A DNA stretch of 63,955 nucleotides, counting the filler, from Reclinomonas americana ATCC 50394 (Eukaryota), in the NCBI GenBank assembly GCA_048213135.1. It is 13 parts of 13 records of this genome, joined end to end, with 100 filler letters (N's around TTAATTAATTAA, not from the genome) between each part and the next. Parts side by side here need not be neighbours in the genome. Positions count along the whole stretch, not along the records: positions 48,653 to 60,362 come from AFZH01019878.1; positions 60,463 to 61,629 come from AFZH01019880.1; positions 61,730 to 63,955 come from AFZH01019883.1; 10 more parts are not named here. One strand, given 5' to 3'. The position numbers were made by a program, and so were the translations under genes. Under the pieces are notes generated by a model. The model made no database searches and had not been told where the DNA came from. It saw only the letters and a list, made by a program, of their open reading frames with translations. This document shows positions 55,972 through 63,955 of this stretch, in pieces (position 1 is the stretch's first letter; the number at the start of each line of letters is the position of its first letter).

Positions 55972-58900
55972 CTACATGCGAACAACAGAGTGGCAGAGAG
56001 GGCACGATGCGCGCTCGAAGAAGAGGCTCTTGAGGCCTTGTCGATGGCACGTCTGGCACGTGTACGTCTCGCTGGCGGAGACGAGCAGCGAGGCTCCCGA
56101 CACCACGCATGGTGGGTGCTTGAGACCGCACTGCTCGCACTCGGTCTGCCAGTCCTGTGCGTCGGCTGCGCAGCCGGGGCAGCGGCATCGTGGACGCAAC
56201 GTCGGGTCGGTGGGTGTGTGACTGTGCGAACACACCTCAAATTAACTTCATGTCTTCTCACTGCGTCGCCTTCTCATGCTCCTCCCGAACTCACCGAGTG
56301 AAAATCTTGACTGCGAGTCGCTTGTACGCATCACGGTCCTCCTGACTCGTGTCGAGCGACTCCAGCTTGATAAAGGCGCGTGAGCACTGACCGTAGAAGC
56401 TGCGTGGTGCCGAGACAAATGAGTGGGAGAGGGGACAGCAACAGCGACTTGCGCGGCCAACACGTCACGCACCGATTGAGGAACGTGGCCAAGGCAATCA
56501 GATTGTACACGTCCTTGGTGTCGAGAATGTCTTCGTAGTCGCGCAACCGCAGCGCAGTGCACATGGCCTCGTGGATCTTCTTGTTGTACAACTGGCGCTG
56601 GCACAGCATGAAGAAGTGATAGGCCTCGGCACCCCTCCAGCCGCCCTCGGTTCCACTCACGGCCGCCGTGGTTGAGGCCTCGTACTGCATGAGACCCTCC
56701 AGCACACGTGCGTGCTGCTGACCCGCTCGTGAAGGCTGCTCGAACAACTTCTTGCGGAGCTCATTGATCTGTGCGCGCCGCAAGCATGAGCAACGCACCC
56801 CGACGCGAGAAATCCAACACTCGAAACAACGCACCTCGAGTGCAGCCAGCACAAAGAGCTTCTTGGCGCGAAGCGGATTGGATTTGCCGTTCGAGGGACC
56901 CGTGGCAATCTGTACCATCACCACACTATGTGAGATACCCGCCCGCAGCACGACGAATGAGCACCCGGCTTGTGCGACTCAGACCTCGCCAAGTAGCCGT
57001 GCAGCCTCGCTGTGCTGCTTGGCTTTTTGGTACAACTCAATGGCCTGGAACTTTTCCTCCTTCTCCAGCAAGTGGTTGGCGTACTGCGACAGCAGACCCG
57101 TGATGTCCTCCAAGTGGAATTCCTCGGCGAGCTGCACAGCTCGATCCCACTATCACGGCGAAGAGGCAAACAGGTAAGTACATCATCACACCAAGGCAGG
57201 GGGAGAAAGAGCAACACTGGGGAGCACCTGGTTGAGTTCCACACACGTGTCGATCGCCATGCGAATCTGGTTGGCCTTGCGGAAGGCACGAATGGCCTCG
57301 TCGCACAGACCAACGCTGCGGAACTTGTCACCAATGTCCTGCGTTGATGAAATGAGCATCACCTCCTTGTCAGGTAAGCAACACGCCCCCGCACGTACCG
57401 TCAGCAGCGGGGAGTGATCCGAGGGCGGCAGCGTGTCGGTGAGACTCGACAGGCTGTCAAAGTCCTCCAGTCGGTAGTAGCACTCGGCCAGCCGATCGTA
57501 GCTCTTGGCTTGCGCAAAGTACTGCATGGCCTTGGACCACTTTTGCCGATCGGCGTAGTACTCGCCAAGGTGATGCCACGCCTCAATGGTGGTCGTGTCA
57601 TCGCCGCCACCTTCTTGCACCAGCTGCACGACGCGGAACCAGTTGCCGAGCTTCTTGCGCAAATCCACAGCCAGATCCTTGCGATCGATCTCCTTGTAGA
57701 TCTCTTCGGCCTCGTCGAAACGCTTAAAGTATGCCGCCACTTCGGCGCGCTGTTTCTGCTTGTCACCGAGAATCTGTAGCCGCTTGACAAAGTCGATGCC
57801 CTGGTAGTCCTTGGAGCGGACAAAGGCCTGCTCGGCCACCAAGAAGTCGAGCTTGTCCAGTGCCTTGTCTGCACGCACGCAAGGGAGAGAGAGAGATGAT
57901 GAGCATGATGCGCAAGGTACGGCAGGGAGAATCGGAAGACGAACTCACCGGCAAGGAGCTTCCACAGGCGCGGATGCGAGTTGTTCTCGATAAAGGAGAA
58001 CGAGTCCTGAATGCTGATGCCGCTGGCCTCCAGCATTTCTCGCGTGTCGCGCAACGAGCGCGTCTCAAAGTCGATCAGGTCGTCTTTGGACGGGTGATCG
58101 GGTTCACGCATGACGTCGTCCAGGTTGACGGCCTTGATCTTCAGGTTCTTAAACTTGCAAATCTGCGCCGACGACAGGCGCGGCTCCTCGGGGTCGAGAC
58201 CGCGGAAAATGTACATGCGAGTCTTTTCCATCGTGGCAAACACGTCTGGGTTGTCGTCGGCCCTGAGCAGCACAAATCATCGTCAGTCGCCAAGTCACGA
58301 CAGAAGAACACACGTGAATCAAGTGACACGCACCATCGGACATCCCACACATCCTTACGCTCAAAGCCCTCCATCATCTTGCCTCGATCCTACGGAAGAG
58401 TGCACAAAAGAGAGCGAGTGAGAGGGAGGAACTTCATGTGCCTTTGCAAAGCGCAAGTCTCGCACCTGACTGCCATCATCCATGTTGACCATGGTCATGA
58501 TGCCGTTGATGTCGACAACGGCGAGGCGCGACGACGTGTTGTTCAGCGTCATGGTGTGTGGCCGGCAGTTGAGCACAAACTTGAAATCGAGGTACAAGCT
58601 GGCCATCGAGTACAGCTGCACAGTGCCGGAGGTACGCGCCACCACCAACCACTTGGAGGAGCACGTGACGCTCGAGATGACATCACTTGTCGACAAGCCA
58701 GTCGCCACAAACGTCTCGGTGGCCTGCGAGCCGCCGTGTGGATCGTCGACGCTGAAGCAGCGCACACGGGCATTCGAACGACGCAGTGCCAGGGCTGGTG
58801 GAAGTCACAGATGATGAGGATGGATGTGCGGAAGACAACACACTCTCTCTCTCGCGCTTCTGCACACCAGTGGTGTCGTACGAGGTGGCTCCCGAGTGCG

Positions 58901-60362
58901 AGCGGTACTGCCAAAAGTAGATCGAGTCCTCCGAAGCCACCACCACGTGCGTCCTGTGGCGACACCCGAGGAGATGAGATGCAGGGCACGGCTTGGAGGG
59001 TACATCAAGGCAACGCAACGGTGTCATGGCCATGTAGATCGGCTCGACCTGAATGTACTTGGAGTCCATGGGGCTTCCGATGGCATTGCACAGGATGAGA
59101 ATGTACCTGCGTGATGAACACGGGTAAGAAACTGCGCTCCACGAGGCAGACAAGAGACAGAAGCGCGCAACTCTCCGCTATTGTCGTCCGTCTTGGTGGC
59201 CAGGCAGCAGAAATCGCCGGCAGCGCGAATGTCAATCAGCTTCTTCACGTACTTGATGTACTTCTCGTTGGTCTTTGTGTTCCAAAACACGACACACTGC
59301 TCCACGCGGTCGGGTTTGGTGTACGCATACACCAGCGTCTGCGGCGAAACACAATGTGAGGAATGAGACCGCAAGAGATCAAGGACAGGTAGCGCATGCG
59401 GCCGACCTTGCCAAAGTAACCCCACTTGTAGTCGGGTCGCACATTGGCAAAGTAGATGAACGAGTCGACGGCGAGACACACGCGTAACCCGTTGCCCTCC
59501 CACGAGAGCCCGTTAAAGGTCGTGCCTGGTACACGCAGCGTGCGCAGGTGCTGACCGTAGGGCGAGTAGAACTGCACAATGTTGAAGTTCTTCTGCTCGC
59601 CGGTGCTGAGGCGCATGTTCTGTGATCCAGAAATCGCCAGCACGGTGCCTGAGGCATTCCAGCAGACATGCGTCGCTCGCATGTCGGTGATCAGAATGAC
59701 AGGCTCTGCGAGGGAGAATCAGTGTCCGTGACGTCTAGAGCAAGGATGGCACGCCCGCAACTGTCGTCCAACTCGTGACGCATGAGCTGGCATCGACCAT
59801 TCTCGTAAGCAATGGCCAACACGGGTGCGTCTGGGTCGGCGTAACCCTCGGCACCATCGTACCAGTCGATGCCCACGCAGAGTGAGCCGTCTGGCACATC
59901 CTCCAGTGCGTACACTGGCAGGCGGGCCTGCGCGCGGAAAGAGAGTGAGACGGCCGCCCGATCGTTCATGGTTGCAGGGGTAACGCAACAATCGATGTGC
60001 CCGAGACGCCATCATACATGAAGACGTCGCCGCTGACGGTGCCGAAGAGCAGCAACCGACCGTCGGGTGACCAGTCGACACGCGACAGGTTCAGCTTGGT
60101 CTCCTGACCCCACAGGCGATTGCCCTCCACCGAACCGGAAATGACGGCACCTGCGACGACGATCACGATGATCACGCTGGGCATACGCGCGCACACAGCA
60201 CACACAGTGACACACTCACCATCCTGGTAAATGATGCAGATCTTGCGGCCGTCGGGAGTCCACTTCATGTCGGTGACCACGCTCTTGTTGCGCGAGTTGA
60301 TCATCTCCTCGTACCACGTGCCCTTGTGCAGCATCCACACAATGATCAGGCCCTGCTCGTCG
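55972..60362 (-). CDS. WDR35: Intraflagellar transport protein 121 / WDR35, 5'-partial
   Basis: [105 protein letters not shown]-terminal Zn-binding CxxC pairs ending CPLCH. Confidence 0.97.
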
Positions 60363-60462
60363 NNNNNNNNNNNNNNNNNNNNNNNNNNNNNNNNNNNNNN
60401 NNNNNNTTAATTAATTAANNNNNNNNNNNNNNNNNNNNNNNNNNNNNNNNNNNNNNNNNNNN

Positions 60463-61500
60463 GGTGAGCGCGCTCTCCAGGTCGTCGTCATGCGTTCCTC
60501 CAGGTTCGTCACTACTGCAAGCACGAGTGAGCGCTCCAGTGGGCCGAAGGAAAGACAGAGAGCAGCGAGTCACGCACAATCGCTTGGGGAGCTTGTGACT
60601 TGGACCGCCGATACGCACTCCGTTCAGCGTGCCCGACTTGACGTTGATCTTGCCGGGATCCATAAAGTTCTCCGCCGCCACCACTCCGTCAATGTACAAT
60701 TGAAACCTGCAGCGCACACACACACGCATTCAACAAGGCAGGAAGGAGGTCATTGTTACACAGATGACCAGGCACGCACATCATGCCGCTCTTCTTCTGC
60801 TGTTTGTGTGGAAACTGCGAGAGTGCCACGTGGTGCCACTTTTTGTCGCACAGCGACATGGTGGCCGGTAATCGCAGCGCACACACTTGAGCCGGCACGC
60901 GGGAGCCCAACCAGCCCGCCTCGTCATCATCCGAACTACCGCGCCCCGAACTCAGCAGCGAGAAGTGCACAGTGCTCCCGAGCGTATCGGTTGACACGCT
61001 GGACGCAGAGGCTGTCGAGCCCGATGCCGCCGACACGTCAAACAGCCGAATCTCCACCTCCTCGCTCCTGCACGTGGGGAGTGAGACTGAGAGCCGGAAG
61101 GCAGACGAACACACACAACCGCACAACACAACACACCGTGTCAGGGAGCCACGACGGTCTGCCGGATGCAACACATGCACCACGTCCATGAGGTACTTGC
61201 GTGTGCGAAACGACAACAACAGCATCTGCCGCTCGCCGCCCAGCACCGACGCATCGCCACCTGTGCTGAAAAAGAGACCTGTCGGCGACATCGCGTACTC
61301 GAGACGCATCCACAGCGTGACAGTGTGGCCCGCTGGTGGTGGCCACGGAGTCCATGTCAGCTCCGGCAGCAAGATCGTACTGGCCAGCGGGCCGTACGCG
61401 CACTCTGTGCGCATCATCGCGACTATCAGCATCACGCAAATGACACTCACACAAATGAGACCCCTCACCTCCCAAATCGTCGGCCTCCTCGGCACTCGCC
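60463..61500 (-). CDS. Internal fragment with a ConA/LamG-like domain of the type found in BEACH proteins (LYST/WDFY/neurobeachin)
   Basis: WPPPAGHTVTLWMRLE ... LCDKKWHHVALS ... |FQLYIDG; flanked by gaps on both sides. Confidence 0.5.
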
Positions 61501-61729
61501 AGAGTCGTGGTCACTGGTGGGAGGTCACTTGTGCTCGATTGCTCCACCAATCCGGTCAGTCGCCAACGTGCCTCCCGCTTCCTCCGCACTCGCCGCACCA
61601 TGCCTCCATTCTCCATTGGCAGTCCAACTNNNNNNNNNNNNNNNNNNNNNNNNNNNNNNNNNNNNNNNNNNNNTTAATTAATTAANNNNNNNNNNNNNNN
61701 NNNNNNNNNNNNNNNNNNNNNNNNNNNNN

Positions 61730-63914
61730 CACACACACGAACCATTGCTTGAACTCGGTGGGGAACATACGGTGCTCCGACAGCTCAATGACCGGCCACA
61801 ATTGCAAGGGGTAGCTGAGAAGCAGGCACACGGCGAGTGTGACCTTCACAAGAGCTAGGGGGAGAAGTGAGTTCGTGTGGCAGCAGCAGCACGAGGTCTC
61901 ATGCAACGCACATGCCGCCGACTGGTCAGCAATGTTCTCAAACACCAGCGCGCTGGTGTGCTCCTCGAACGCAAAGTACCCGCACAACCCAAACGCAGTG
62001 ACCAAGATGGCCGTCGCTGCAAAGGCCACACTGAGTACCCACGAGAAGCGTTCGCGTCGGCGCAGATTTTGTTGAATCGGCAGCACGACCTGTGCGACGG
62101 TGAGTGAACGCACAGACAGGCAAGCGCTCACATAAAATGAATGCCCACCGCAATTCTGCACGGAGATGGTGATAGGGAAAGGGTAAGCATCTTAGCAGAG
62201 TGACATGAACCAAGGGGAACACAGGTACGCACCCCTCCATGGTGTACGCAAAGGTGCCGAGACCGACTGCAGCCACGCTTCAGCGCAGGAACGGATGAGG
62301 ACACTGGTGCTGTGCGAGCGTACAGACCTGGGAATGACCACTGTGCCACAGAGGTGTGTTGAATGGTTTCGGTCGAGATGTGTCCGACATAGTTCCACAG
62401 CACGACCACGTAGCCAATCAGAAACGCCACACTCGAAATGACACTGCAGACGACAGCGTCCATGTGAGTGATCCGATAGCGATGCACCGATGTGCCCTCC
62501 TGCGTACCTGAGTGGAGCAATGTACTTGAGACTCGGGGCACAGCAGAGTGGATAGAGAATGAGAATGCAGATGCACACGCCGCCGAGGAACGAGATGCTT
62601 CCCGTCATGGACGACAGTGTCTCGGCTGCGCAGTGAGTGGTGAGCAACGCGATGAATGACCGACGCCTGTCTCGTCCCTCAACAAAGCAAGCAACGCACC
62701 AATAAAGATCAAGTAGGCGCACAGGCAGCCGACTTGCGTGAACAGAACCATGGCGTCGACCTGCATGCACAAGTAAGTCTCGATCGGCGCACCTGTCATG
62801 CACCATTTCACAACGTACCGAGAGCGAGCCGATAGTTCCGAAAGCTGCGTACCCCACCTGTCCGTCTGTGCGCACGTGTGTTTTTCGAGTCAACATGACA
62901 TCCGCCACTTCTCTGCCGCATGTGCGCATGCAACTCAACAATTCAGCACTTTGTGTCCCTGGTGATTTTGGTACGCCTCCTTGGCGATCACCAACAGCCG
63001 GATGCATGAAAACGTGCACACAAACACCATGGACAGGAGAATCAAGCCGAGCTGCGCCGCCACGACAATGTAAGTCAGCAGATCTCGAGGAAAGCACACC
63101 ATCATGATCCGGACACACCACAGAGCCCGTCTGCCGAAATGCAAACGGCACCGCTGCAGAGGGCAAGAGACCACGTGAGGCCCACGGCATCGCCACACTC
63201 TCTTCCCCCCTTGACCACCCTCTCACGCAACACAAGATACCGCTGCCCACGAACGCCTTGAAGGTGTTGAGCAGAGCGGCCGCAACTCTGCATACAGCAG
63301 TAACACTTGTCAGCAGGAATCCAATGGTGGCATGCTCGCTGCTGCACACGTAACGAGGACTCGCCGGCACCACCACTACTGCCCGTGCGCCCTGTCGGTG
63401 ACGAAACGCCGCCACCCTTGACCCGCGCACGCATGACACCATCCGAGGACAGCTCAAGCTCCTCCAGCTCGATCTGCTCATCCTCATCGTCGTCGCCGCC
63501 GACATCGGTCGGTGCGGAACGCAGCATGAGAGAGGCCGACTCGACACCGTGCTTCGCCACTTGTCGTCGCAACTGCTGCGCCTGAGCACGAGTGGGACCA
63601 GTGCCCACAACATCATCGTCGTCGTCATCGTCATCGAACAAATCGTCCTGTGCTGCGGCCTCCGACAGCGGCGAGGAGGCAGACGATCGTGGTCTCCGAT
63701 CGGCGGTGGTGGACGAGAGCACGAGTGACGACGAGGAGGAGGCTGAGGAGATGGCAGAGGAGGACGACGACGAGAAGGGACGACGACCGATCAGTGGCAC
63801 CGACAGAATCGCCGGCGGCGGTGGCGCGAGTGAGGGAGAGGAGGCTAGCAGTGCTGAGCTCCGTGGCGAGAGGACACCATCGTCGGAGGGTCGTGCAACG
63901 TGTGCGTACGACAT
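61730..63914 (-). CDS. Amino acid transporter, AAAP / Aa_trans (SLC36/AVT-like) family, 3'-partial
   Basis: ALLNTFKAFVGSGIL..VPFAFRQTG; GQVGYAAFG; TQVGCLCAYLIFI; GTFAYTMEG..VVLPIQ; FGLCGYFAF; LLLSYPLQLWP; long Ser/Asp-rich cytosolic N-terminus. Confidence 0.92.
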
Positions 63915-63955
63915 TCCGAAAAAAACTGACCGTTGCAAAATCGTGGCGGAGAGAA

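Noticed and set aside
55972..56235. Zn-finger as an N-terminal PHD domain of the MT-A70 protein
   Set aside because: It ends in a stop codon and matches the C-terminal Zn-binding domain of IFT121/WDR35.

Overview
This is eukaryotic scaffold DNA from an intron-rich, gene-dense, flagellated organism, probably a protist. It uses the standard code and has short GT-AG introns, with donors often GTGCGT/GTGAGT/GTTGCG. Thirteen contigs are joined by 100-nt N-TTAATTAATTAA-N spacers. The left 30 kb is a nested tandem array on the minus strand: four ~7.6-7.9 kb head-to-tail copies (plus the start of a fifth) of an unrecognised multi-exon gene. Each copy encodes a low-complexity N-terminus, a basic NLS-like motif and five tandem copies of a ~200-aa domain with identical intron positions. 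The copies are mosaics of one another, carry a hypervariable basic segment within the domain, and one copy is frameshifted. This array is the best candidate for an undescribed system. The right 34 kb holds single-copy genes: an IQ-motif protein, a penicillin/AHL-acylase (S45 Ntn hydrolase), ZIP4/TEX11, HACD, RNASEH2B, mitochondrial bS6, TTI1, an MTA9/AMT6-7-like MT-A70 protein, IFT121/WDR35, a LamG-like (BEACH-type) fragment and an AAAP amino-acid transporter. Gene models were spliced by eye and family calls come from recalled motifs, not database searches.
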